Shown here one piece after another: positions 25,274 to 38,800 of a DNA stretch of 64,000 nucleotides. Every line of letters begins with the position of its first letter. Within the stretch, counting starts at the first letter, position 1. Below the pieces are notes generated by a model. It worked only from the letters and a program-made list of their open reading frames with translations, did not search any database and was not told where the DNA came from. Source of the stretch: Auanema rhodensis. Its lineage: Eukaryota > Animalia > Nematoda. Made by a program: the position numbers and the translations under genes. The DNA lies in assembly GCA_964057225.1 (NCBI GenBank), contig OZ059894.1, positions 1,550,001 to 1,614,000 on the forward strand, written 5' to 3'.

Positions 25274-28200
25274 ATTTAGCAAAAAGTAGATGTTTTTAGA
25301 TTCCTTTTTTCAAGGCAAAGACGATGGACAATGTTATTCAACGAAAAAATTAATTCTTCAGGGTGAAAATCGAGGATATAAGTGTGAACTTATATCAGTT
25401 GATATCTCGGTGCATTTTTAAGCTAGCGCAAATCTGATAACACAGATCGACGCAGCTCAAAAATCCGCATCGAATGCACTATACTACATTGAGAAACGCT
25501 TAATACAAAAATTAGTTATGATCGTTTGAAAAATGATGCATTAGTGTATGTTGAGTTTCCATGTACACTCAACATTGCTTCCAAAAACATTTTGACAAAA
25601 ATTTTTTCAAAAAATTTCAAAATAATTTAGCAAAAAGTAGATGTTTTTAGATTCCTTTTTTCAAGGCAAAGACGATGGACAATGTTATTCAACGAAAAAA
25701 TTAATTCTTCAGGGTGAAAATCGAGGATATAAGTGTGAACTTATATCAGTTGATATCTCGGTGCATTTTTAAGCTAGCGCAAATCTGATAACACAGATCG
25801 ACGCAGCTTAAAAATTCGCATCGAATGCACTATACTACATTGAGAAACGCTAAATACAAAAATTAGTTATGATCGTTTGAAAAATGATGCATTAGTGTAT
25901 GTTGAGTTTCCATGTACACTCAACATTGCTTCCAAAAACATTTTGACAAAAATTTTTTCAAAAAATTTCAAAATAATTTAGCAAAAAGTAGATGTTTTTA
26001 GATTCCTTTTTTCAAGGCAAAGACGATGGACAATGTTATTCAACGAAAAAATTAATTCTTCAGGGTGAAAATCGAGGATATAAGTGTGAACTTATATCAG
26101 TTGATATCTCGGTGCATTTTTAAGCTAGCGCAAATCTGATAACACAGATCGACGCAGCTCAAAAATCCGCATCGAATGCACTATACTACATTGAGAAACG
26201 CTTAATACAAAAATTAGTTATGATCGTTTGAAAAATGATGCATTAGTGTATGTTGAGTTTCCATGTACACTCAACATTGCTTCCAAAAACATTTTGACAA
26301 AAATTTTTTCAAAAAATTTCAAAATAATTTAGCAAAAAGTAGATGTTTTTAGATTCCTTTTTTCAAGGCAAAGACGATGGACAATGTTATTCAACGAAAA
26401 AATTAATTCTTCAGGGTGAAAATCGAGGATATAAGTGTGAACTTATATCAGTTGATATCTCGGTGCATTTTTAAGCTAGCGCAAATCTGATAACACAGAT
26501 CGACGCAGCTTAAAAATTCGCATCGAATGCACTATACTACATTGAGAAACGCTAAATACAAAAATTAGTTATGATCGTTTGAAAAATGATGCATTAGTGT
26601 ATGTTGAGTTTCCATGTACACTCAACATTGCTTCCAAAAACATTTTGACAAAAATTTTTTCAAAAAATTTCAAAATAATTTAGCAAAAAGTAGATGTTTT
26701 TAGATTCCTTTTTTCAAGGCAAAGACGATGGACAATGTTATTCAACGAAAAAATTAATTCTTCAGGGTGAAAATCGAGGATATAAGTGTGAACTTATATC
26801 AGTTGATATCTCGGTGCATTTTTAAGCTAGCGCAAATCTGATAACACAGATCGACGCAGCTTAAAAATCCGCATCGAATGCACTATATTACTTTGAGAAA
26901 CGCTTAATACAAAAATTAGTTATGATCGTTTGAAAAATGATGCATTAGTGTATGTTGAGTTTCCATGTACACTCAACATTGCTTCCAAAAACATTTTGAC
27001 AAAAATTTTTTCAAAAAATTTCAAAATAATTTAGCAAAAAGTAGATGTTTTTAGATTCCTTTTTTCAAGGCAAAGACGATGGACAATCTTATTCAACGAA
27101 AAAATTAATTCTTCAGGGTGAAAATCGAGGATATAAGTGTGAACTTATATCAGTTGATATCTCGGTGCATTTTTAAGCTAGCGCAAATCTGATAACACAG
27201 ATCGACGCAGCTTAAAAATCCGCATCGAATGCACTATATTACTTTGAGAAACGCTTAATACAAAAATTAGTTATGATCGTTTGAAAAATGATGCATTAGT
27301 GTATGTTGAGTTTCCATGTACACTCAACATTGCTTCCAAAAACATTTTGACAAAAATTTTTTCAAAAAATTTCAAAATAATTTAGCAAAAAGTAGATGTT
27401 TTTAGATTCCTTTTTTCAAGGCAAAGACGATGGACAATCTTATTCAACGAAAAAATTAATTCTTCAGGGTGAAAATCGAGGATATAAGTGTGAACTTATA
27501 TCAGTTGATATCTCGGTGCATTTTTAAGCTAGCGCAAATCTGATAACACAGATCGACGCAGCTTAAAAATCCGCATCGAATGCACTATATTACTTTGAGA
27601 AACGCTTAATACAAAAATTAGTTATGATCGTTTGAAAAATGATGCATTAGTGTATGTTGAGTTTCCATGTACACTCAACATTGCTTCCAAAAACATTTTG
27701 ACAAAAATTTTTTCAAAAAATTTCAAAATAATTTAGCAAAAAGTAGATGTTTTTAGATTCCTTTTTTCAAGGCAAAGACAATCGACAATGTTTTTCAACG
27801 AAAAAATTAATTCTTCAGGGTGAAAATCGAGGATATAAGTGTGAACTTATATCAGTTGATATCTCGGTGCATTTTTAAGCTAGCGCAAATCTGATAACAC
27901 AGATCGACGCAGCTTAAAAATCCGCATCGAATGCACTATACTACATTGAGAAACGCTTAATACAAAAATTAGTTATGATCGTTTGAAAAATGATGCATTA
28001 GTGTATGTTGAGTTTCCATGTACACTCAACATTGCTTCCAAAAACATTTTGACAAAAATTTTTTCGAAAAATTTCAAAATAATTTAGCAAAAAGTAGATG
28101 TTTTTAGATTCCTTTTTTCAAGGCAAAGACGATGGACAATGTTATTCAACGAAAAAATTAATTCTTCAGGGTGAAAATCGAGGATATAAGTGTGAACTTA

Positions 28201-29134
28201 TATCAGTTGATATCTCGGTGCATTTTTAAGCTAGCGCAAATCTGATAACACAGATCGACGCAGCTTAAAAATCCGCATCGAATGCACTATACTACATTGA
28301 GAAACGCTTAATACAAAAATTAGTTATGATCGTTTGAAAAATGATGCATTAGTGTATGTTGAGTTTCCATGTACACTCAACATTGCTTCCAAAAACATTT
28401 TGACAAAACTTTTTTCGAAAAATTTCAAAATAATTTAGCAAAAAGTAGATGTTTTTAGATTCCTTTTTTCAAGGCAAAGACGATGGACAATGTTATTCAA
28501 CGAAAAAATTAATTCTTCAGGGTGAAAATCGAGGATATAAGTGTGAACTTATATCAGTTGATATCTCGGTGCATTTTTAAGCTAGCGCAAAGCTGATAAC
28601 ACAGATCGACGCAGCTTAAAAATCCGCATCGAATGCACTACATTACATTGAGAAACGCTTAATACAAAAATTAGTTATGATCGTTTGAAAAATGATGCAT
28701 TAGTGTATGTTGAGTTTCCATGTACACTCAACATTGCTTCCAAAAACATTTTGACAAAAAATTTTTCGAAAAATTTCAAAATAATTTAGCAAAAAGTAGA
28801 TGTTTTTAGATTCCTTTTTTCAAGGCAAAGACGATGGACAATGTTATTCAACGAAAAAATTAATTCTTCAGGGTGAAAATCGAGGATATAAGTGTGAACT
28901 TATATCAGTTGATATCTCGGTGCATTTTTAAGCTAGCGCAAATCTGATAACACAGATCGACGCAGCTTAAAAATCCGCATCGAATGCACTATACTACATT
29001 GAGAAACGCTTAATACAAAAATTAGTTATGATCGTTTGAAAAATGATGCATTAGTGTATGTTGAGTTTCCATGTACACTCAACATTGCTTCCAAAAACAT
29101 TTTGACAAAAATTTTTTCAAAAAATTTCAAAATA

Positions 29135-32100
29135 ATTTAGCAAAAAGTAGATGTTTTTAGATTCCTTTTTTCAAGGCAAAGACGATGGACGATGTTATTC
29201 AACGAAAAAATTAATTCTTCAGGGTGAAAATCGAGGATATAAGTGTGAACTTATATCAGTTGATATCTCGGTGCATTTTTAAGCTAGCGCAAATCTGATA
29301 ACACAGATCGACGCAGCTTAAAAATCCGCATCGAATGCACTATACTACATTGAGAAACGCTTAATACAAAAATTAGTTATGATCGTTTGAAAAATGATGC
29401 ATTAGTGTATGTTGAGTTTCCATGTACACTCAACATTGCTTCCAAAAACATTTTGACAAAAATTTTTTCAAAAAATTTCAAAATAATTTAGCAAAAAGTA
29501 GATGTTTTTAGATTCCTTTTTTCAAGGCAAAGACGATGGACAATGTTATTCAACGAAAAAATTAATTCTTCAGGGTGAAAATCGAGGATATAAGTGTGAA
29601 CTTATATCAGTTGATATCTCGGTGCATTTTCAAGCTAGCGCAAATCTGATAACACAGATCGACGCAGCTTAAAAATTCGCATCGAATGCACTATACTACA
29701 TTGAGAAACGCTCAATACAAAAATTAGTTATGATCGTTTGAAAAATGATGCATTAGTGTATGTTGAGTTTCCATGTACACTCAACATTGCTTCCAAAAAC
29801 ATTTTGACAAAAATTTTTTCAAAAAATTTCAAAATAATTTAGCAAAAAGTAGATGTTTTTAGATTCCTTTTTTCAAGGCAAAGACGATGGACAATGTTAT
29901 TCAACGAAAAAATTAATTCTTCAGGGTGAAAATCGAGGATATAAGTGTGAACTTATATCAGTTCATATCTCGGTGCATTTTTAAGCTAGCGCAAATCTGA
30001 TAACACAGATCGACGCAGCTTAAAAATCCGCATCGAATGCACCATATTACTTTGAGAAACGCTTAATACAAAAATTAGTTATGATCGTTTGAAAAATGAT
30101 GCATTAGTGTATGTTGAGTTTCCATGTACACTCAACATTGCTTCCAAAAACATTTTGACAAAACTTTTTTCGAAAAATTTCGAAATAATTTAGCAAAAAG
30201 TAGATGTTTTTAGATTCCTTTTTTCAAGGCAAAGACGATGGACAATGTTATTCAACGAAAAAATTAATTCTTCATTGTGAAAATCGAGGATATAAGTGTG
30301 AACTTATATCAGTTGATATCTCGGTGCATTTTTAAGCTAGCGCAAATCTGATAACACAGATCGACGCAGCTTAAAAATCCGCATCGAATGCACTATACTA
30401 CATTGAGAAACGCTTAATACACAAATTAGTTATGATCGTTTGAAAAATGATGCATTAGTGTATGTTGAGTTTCCATGTACACTCAACATTGCTTCCAAAA
30501 ACATTTTGACAAAAATTTTTTCAAAAAATTTCAAAATAATTTAGCAAAAAGTAGATGTTTTTAGATTCCTTTTTTCAAAACAAAGACGATGGACAATGTT
30601 ATTCAACGAAAAAATTAATTCTTCAGGGTGAAAATCGAGGATATAAGTGTGAACTTATATCAGTTGATATCTCGGTGCATTTTTAAGCTAGCGCAAATCT
30701 GATAACACAGATCGACGCAGCTCAAAAATCCGCATCGAATGCACTATACTACATTGAGAAACGCTTAATACAAAAATTAGTTATGATCGTTTGAAAAATG
30801 ATGCATTAGTGTATGTTGAGTTTCCATGTACACTCAACATTGCTTCCAAAAACATTTTGACAAAAATTTTTTCAAAAAATTTCAAAATAATTTAGCAAAA
30901 AGTAGATGTTTTTAGATTCCTTTTTTCAAGGCAAAGACGATGGACGATGTTATTCAACGAAAAAATTAATTCTTCAGGGTGAAAATCGAGGATATAAGTG
31001 TGAACTTATATCAGTTGATATCTCGGTGCATTTTTAAGCTAGCGCAAATCTGATAACAAAGATCGACGCAGCTTAAAAATCCGCATCGAATGCACTATAC
31101 TACATTGAGAAACGCTTAATACAAAAATTAGTTATGATCGTTTGAAAAATGATGCATTAGTGTATGTTGAGTTTCCATGTACACTCAACATTGCTTCCAA
31201 AAACATTTTGACAAAAATTTTTTCAAAAAATTTCAAAATAATTTAGCAAAAAGTAGATGTTTTTAGATTCCTTTTTTCAAGGCAAAGACGATGGACAATG
31301 TTATTCAACGAAAAAATTAATTCTTCAGGGTGAAAATCGAGGATATAAGTGTGAACTTATATCAGTTGATATCTCGGTGCATTTTCAAGCTAGCGCAAAT
31401 CTGATAACACAGATCGACGCAGCTTAAAAATTCGCATCGAATGCACTATACTACATTGAGAAACGCTCAATACAAAAATTAGTTATGATCGTTTGAAAAA
31501 TGATGCATTAGTGTATGTTGAGTTTCCATGTACACTCAACATTGCTTCCAAAAACATTTTGACAAAAATTTTTCAAAAAATTTCAAAATAATTTAGCAAA
31601 AAGTAGATGTTTTTAGATTCCTTTTTTCAAGGCAAAGACGATGGACAATGTTATTCAACGAAAAAATTAATTCTTCAGGGTGAAAATTGAGGATATAAGT
31701 GTGAACTTATATCAGTTCATATCTCGGTGCATTTTTAAGCTAGCGCAAATCTGATAACACAGATCGACGCAGCTTAAAAATCCGCATCGAATGCACCATA
31801 TTACTTTGAGAAACGCTTAATACAAAAATTAGTTATGATCGTTTGAAAAATGATGCATTAGTGTATGTTGAGTTTCCATGTACACTCAACATTGCTTCCA
31901 AAAACATTTTGACAAAACTTTTTTCGAAAAATTTCGAAATAATTTAGCAAAAAGTAGATGTTTTTAGATTCCTTTTTTCAAGGCAAAGACGATGGACAAT
32001 GTTATTCAACGAAAAAATTAATTCTTCATTGTGAAAATCGAGGATATAAGTGTGAACTTATATCAGTTGATATCTCGGTGCATTTTTAAGCTAGCGCAAA

Positions 32101-35100
32101 TCTGATAACACAGATCGACGCAGCTTAAAAATCCGCATCGAATGCACTATACTACTTTGAGAAACGCTTAATACACAAATTAGTTATGATCGTTTGAAAA
32201 ATGATGCATTAGTGTATGTTGAGTTTCCATGTACACTCAACATTGCTTCCAAAAACATTTTGACAAAAATTTTTTCAAAAAATTTCAAAATAATTTAGCA
32301 AAAAGTAGATGTTTTTAGATTCCTTTTTTCAAGGCAAAGACGATGGACAATGTTATTCAACGAAAAAATTAATTCTTCAGGGTGAAAATCGAGGATATAA
32401 GTGTGAACTTATATCAGTTGATATCTCGGTGCATTTTCAAGCTAGCGCAAATCTGATAACACAGATCGACGCAGCTTAAAAATTCGCATCGAATGCACTA
32501 TACTACATTGAGAAACGCTCAATACAAAAATTAGTTATGATCGTTTGAAAAATGATGCATTAGTGTATGTTGAGTTTCCATGTACACTCAACATTGCTTC
32601 CAAAAACATTTTGACAAAAATTTTTTCAAAAAATTTCAAAATAATTTAGCAAAAAGTAGATGTTTTTAGATTCCTTTTTTCAAGGCAAAGACGATGGACA
32701 ATGTTATTCAACGAAAAAATTAATTCTTCAGGGTGAAAATCGAGGATATAAGTGTGAACTTATATCAGTTCATATCTCGGTGCATTTTTAAGCTAGCGCA
32801 AATCTGATAACACAGATCGACGCAGCTTAAAAATCCGCATCGAATGCACCATATTACTTTGAGAAACGCTTAATACAAAAATTAGTTATGATCGTTTGAA
32901 AAATGATGCATTAGTGTATGTTGAGTTTCCATGTACACTCAACATTGCTTCCAAAAACATTTTGACAAAACTTTTTTCGAAAAATTTCGAAATAATTTAG
33001 CAAAAAGTAGATGTTTTTAGATTCCTTTTTTCAAGGCAAAGACGATGGACAATGTTATTCAACGAAAAAATTAATTCTTCATTGTGAAAATCGAGGATAT
33101 AAGTGTGAACTTATATCAGTTGATATATCGGTGCATTTTTAAGCTAGCGCAAATCTGATAACACAGATCGACGCAGCTTAAAAATCCGCATCGAATGCAC
33201 TATACTACATTGAGAAACGCTTAATACACAAATTAGTTATGATCGTTTGAAAAATGATGCATTAGTGTATGTTGAGTTTCCATGTACACTCAACATTGCT
33301 TCCAAAAACATTTTGACAAAAATTTTTTCAAAAAATTTCAAAATAATTTAGCAAAAAGTAGATGTTTTTAGATTCCTTTTTTCAAGGCAAAGACGATGGA
33401 CAATGTTATTCAACGAAAAAATTAATTCTTCAGGGTGAAAATCGAGGATATAAGTGTGAACTTATATCAGTTGATATCTCGGTGCATTTTTAAGCTAGCG
33501 CAAATCTGATAACACAGATCGACGCAGCTCAAAAATCCGCATCGAATGCACTATACTACATTGAGAAACGCTTAATACAAAAATTAGTTATGATCGTTTG
33601 AAAAATGATGCATTAGTGTATGTTGAGTTTCCATGTACACTCAACATTGCTTCCAAAAACATTTTGACAAAAATTTTTTCAAAAAATTTCAAAATAATTT
33701 AGCAAAAAGTAGATGTTTTTAGATTCCTTTTTTCAAGGCAAAGACGATGGACGATGTTATTCAACGAAAAAATTAATTCTTCAGGGTGAAAATCGAGGAT
33801 ATAAGTGTGAACTTATATCAGTTGATATCTCGGTGCATTTTTAAGCTAGCGCAAATCTGATAACACAGATCGACGCAGCTTAAAAATCCGCATCGAATGC
33901 ACTATACTACATTGAGAAACGCTTAATACAAAAATTAGTTATGATCGTTTGAAAAATGATGCATTAGTGTATGTTGAGTTTCCATGTACACTCAACATTG
34001 CTTCCAAAAACATTTTGACAAAAATTTTTTCAAAAAATTTCAAAATAATTTAGCAAAAAGTAGATGTTTTTACATTCCTTTTTTCAAGGCAAAGACGATG
34101 GACAATGTTATTCAACGAAAAAATTAATTCTTCAGGGTGAAAATCGAGGATATAAGTGTGAACTTATATCAGTTGATATCTCGGTGCATTTTCAAGCTAG
34201 CGCAAATCTGATAACACAGATCGACGCAGCTTAAAAATTCGCATCGAATGCACTATACTACATTGAGAAACGCTCAATACAAAAATTAGTTATGATCGTT
34301 TGAAAAATGATGCATTAGTGTATGTTGAGTTTCCATGTACACTCAACATTGCTTCCAAAAACATTTTGACAAAAATTTTTTCAAAAAATTTCAAAATAAT
34401 TTAGCAAAAAGTAGATGTTTTTAGATTCCTTTTTTCAAGGCAAAGACGATGGACAATGTTATTCAACGAAAAAATTAATTCTTCAGGGTGAAAATCGAGG
34501 ATATAAGTGTGAACTTATATCAGTTGATATCTCGGTGCATTTTTAAGCTAGCGCAAATCTGATAACACAGATCGACGCAGCTTGAAAATCCGCATCGAAT
34601 GCACTATACTACTTTGAGAAACGCTTAATACAAAAATTAGTTATGATCGTTTGAAAAATGATGCATTAGTGTATGTTGAGTTTCCATGTACACTCAACAT
34701 TGCTTCCAAAAACATTTTGACAAAACTTTTTTCGAAAAATTTCGAAATAATTTAGCAAAAAGTAGATGTTTTTAGATTCCTTTTTTCAAGGCAAAGACGA
34801 TGGACAATGTTATTCAACGAAAAAATTAATTCTTCATTGTGAAAATCGAGGATATAAGTGTGAACTTATATCAGTTGATATCTCGGTGCATTTTTAAGCT
34901 AGCGCAAATCTGATAACACAGATCGACGCAGCTTAAAAATCCGCATCGAATGCACTATACTACATTGAGAAACGCTTAATACACAAATTAGTTATGATCG
35001 TTTGAAAAATGATGCATTAGTGTATGTTGAGTTTCCATGTACACTCAACATTGCTTCCAAAAACATTTTGACAAAAATTTTTTCAAAAAATTTCAAAATA
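29135..35100. repeat. 5-monomer (1755-bp) higher-order repeat including one 3-monomer truncated unit
   Basis: The GG>TT marker (TTCATTGTG) is at 30275, 32029, 33082 and 34837. T146C is at 29631, 31386, 32438 and 34193. Spacings are 5, 3 and 5 monomers. Confidence 0.85.
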
Positions 35101-35802
35101 ATTTAGCAAAAAGTAGATGTTTTTAGATTCCTTTTTTCAAGGCAAAGACGATGGACAATGTTATTCAACGAAAAAATTAATTCTTCAGGGTGAAAATCGA
35201 GGATATAAGTGTGAACTTATATCAGTTGATATCTCGGTGCATTTTTAAGCTAGCGCAAATCTGATAACACAGATCGACGCAGCTTGAAAATCCGCATCGA
35301 ATGCACTATACTACTTTGAGAAACGCTTAATACAAAAATTAGTTATGATCGTTTGAAAAATGATGCATTAGTGTATGTTGAGTTTCCATGTACACTCAAC
35401 ATAGCTTCCAAAAACATTTTGACAAAAATTTTTTCGAAAAATTTCAGAATAATTTAGCAAAAAGTAGATGTTTTTAGATTTCTTTTTTCAAGGCAAAGAC
35501 GATGGACAATGTTATTCAACGAAAAAATTAATTCTTCAGGGTGAAAATCGAGGATATAAGTGTGAACTTATATCAGTTGATATCTCGGTGCATTTTTAAG
35601 CTAGCGCAAATCTGATAACACAGATCGACGCAGCTTGAAAATCCGCATCGAATGCACTATACTACTTTGAGAAACGCTTAATACAAAAATTAGTTATGAT
35701 CGTTTGAAAAATGATGCATTAGTGTATGTTGAGTTTCCATGTACACTCAACATTGCTTCCAAAAACATTTTGACAAAAATTTTTTCGAAAAATTTCAAAA
35801 TA

Positions 35803-38800
35803 TTTTAGCAAAAAGTATATGTTTTTAGATTCCTTTTTTCAAGGCAAAGACGATGGACAATGTTATTCAACGAAAAAATTAATTCTTCAGGGTGAAAATC
35901 GAGGATATAAGTGTGAACTTATATCAGTTGATATCTCGGTGCATTTTTAAGCTAGCGCAAATCTGATAACACAGATCGACGCAGCTTGAAAATCCGCATC
36001 GAATGCACTATACTAAATTGATGAACGCTTAATACAAAAATTAGTTATGATCGTTTGAAAAATGATGCATTAGTGTATGTTGAGTTTCCATGTACACTCA
36101 ACATTGCTTCCAAAAACATTTTGACAAAAATTTTTTCGAAAAATTTCAAAATATTTTAGCAAAAAGTATATGTTTTTAGATTCCTTTTTTCAAGGCAAAG
36201 ACGATGGACAATGTTATTCAACGAAAAAATTAATTCTTCAGGGTGAAAATCGAGGATATAAGTGTGAACTTATATCAGTTGATATCTCGGTGCATTTTTA
36301 AGCTAGCGCAAATCTGATAACACAGATCGACGCAGCTTGAAAATCCGCATCGAATGCACTATACTAAATTGATGAACGCTTAATACAAAAATTAGTTATG
36401 ATCGTTTGAAAAATGATGCATTAGTGTATGTTGAGTTTCCATGTACACTCAACATTGCTTCCAAAAACATTTTGACAAAAATTTTTTCGAAAAATTTCAA
36501 AATATTTTAGCAAAAAGTATATGTTTTTAGATTCCTTTTTTCAAGGCAAAGACGATGGACAATGTTATTCAACGAAAAAATTAATTCTTCAGGGTGAAAA
36601 TCGAGGATATAAGTGTGAACTTATATCAGTTGATATCTCGGTGCATTTTTAAGCTAGCGCAAATCTGATAACACAGATCGACGCAGCTTGAAAATCCGCA
36701 TCGAATGCACTATACTACATTGAGGAACGCTTAATACAAAAATTAGTTATGATCGTTTGAAAAATGATGCATTAGTGTATGTTGAGTTTCCATGTACACT
36801 CAACATAGCTTCCAAAAACATTTTGACAAAAATTTTTTCGAAAAATTTCAGAATAATTTAGCAAAAAGTAGATGTTTTTAGATTTCTTTTTTCAAGGCAA
36901 AGACGATGGACAATGTTATTCAACGAAAAAATTAATTCTTCAGGGTGAAAATCGAGGATATAAGTGTGAACTTATATCAGTTGATATCTCGGTGCATTTT
37001 TAAGCTAGCGCAAATCTGATAACACAGATCGACGCAGCTTGAAAATCCGCATCGAATGCACTATACTACTTTGAGAAACGCTTAATACAAAAATTAGTTA
37101 TGATCGTTTGAAAAATGATGCATTAGTGTATGTTGAGTTTCCATGTACACTCAACATAGCTTCCAAAAACATTTTGACAAAAATTTTTTCGAAAAATTTC
37201 AGAATAATTTAGCAAAAAGTAGATGTTTTTAGATTTCTTTTTTCAAGGCAAAGACGATGGACAATGTTATTCAACGAAAAAATTAATTCTTCAGGGTGAA
37301 AATCGAGGATATAAGTGTGAACTTATATCAGTTGATATCTCGGTGCATTTTTAAGCTAGCGCAAATCTGATAACACAGATCGACGCAGCTTGAAAATCCG
37401 CATCGAATGCACTATACTACTTTGAGAAACGCTTAATACAAAAATTAGTTATGATCGTTTGAAAAATGATGCATTAGTGTATGTTGAGTTTCCATGTACA
37501 CTCAACATTGCTTCCAAAAACATTTTGACAAAAATTTTTTCGAAAAATTTCAAAATATTTTAGCAAAAAGTATATGTTTTTAGATTCCTTTTTTCAAGGC
37601 AAAGACGATGGACAATGTTATTCAACGAAAAAATTAATTCTTCAGGGTGAAAATCGAGGATATAAGTGTGAACTTATATCAGTTGATATCTCGGTGCATT
37701 TTTAAGCTAGCGCAAATCTGATAACACAGATCGACGCAGCTTGAAAATCCGCATCGAATGCACTATACTAAATTGATGAACGCTTAATACAAAAATTAGT
37801 TATGATCGTTTGAAAAATGATGCATTAGTGTATGTTGAGTTTCCATGTACACTCAACATTGCTTCCAAAAACATTTTGACAAAAATTTTTTCGAAAAATT
37901 TCAAAATATTTTAGCAAAAAGTATATGTTTTTAGATTCCTTTTTTCAAGGCAAAGACGATGGACAATGTTATTCAACGAAAAAATTAATTCTTCAGGGTG
38001 AAAATCGAGGATATAAGTGTGAACTTATATCAGTTGATATCTCGGTGCATTTTTAAGCTAGCGCAAATCTGATAACACAGATCGACGCAGCTTGAAAATC
38101 CGCATCGAATGCACTATACTAAATTGATGAACGCTTAATACAAAAATTAGTTATGATCGTTTGAAAAATGATGCATTAGTGTATGTTGAGTTTCCATGTA
38201 CACTCAACATTGCTTCCAAAAACATTTTGACAAAAATTTTTTCGAAAAATTTCAAAATATTTTAGCAAAAAGTATATGTTTTTAGATTCCTTTTTTCAAG
38301 GCAAAGACGATGGACAATGTTATTCAACGAAAAAATTAATTCTTCAGGGTGAAAATCGAGGATATAAGTGTGAACTTATATCAGTTGATATCTCGGTGCA
38401 TTTTTAAGCTAGCGCAAATCTGATAACACAGATCGACGCAGCTTGAAAATCCGCATCGAATGCACTATACTAAATTGATGAACGCTTAATACAAAAATTA
38501 GTTATGATCGTTTGAAAAATGATGCATTAGTGTATGTTGAGTTTCCATGTACACTCAACATTGCTTCCAAAAACATTTTGACAAAAATTTTTTCGAAAAA
38601 TTTCAAAATATTTTAGCAAAAAGTATATGTTTTTAGATTCCTTTTTTCAAGGCAAAGACGATGGACAATGTTATTCAACGAAAAAATTAATTCTTCAGGG
38701 TGAAAATCGAGGATATAAGTGTGAACTTATATCAGTTGATATCTCGGTGCATTTTTAAGCTAGCGCAAATCTGATAACACAGATCGACGCAGCTTGAAAA

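Larger units (their letters stand above)
703..35100. repeat. Subfamily L domain (A186, CTTAAAAA; A221, GAGAAACG)
   Basis: Nearly all monomers read GCAGCTTAAAAA (G exceptions at 21598 and 34584). Private variants are AAAACTTT, CACGGATC, AACATATATC and TATTAC, and TTTTCA/TTTTCG are mixed. Confidence 0.85.
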
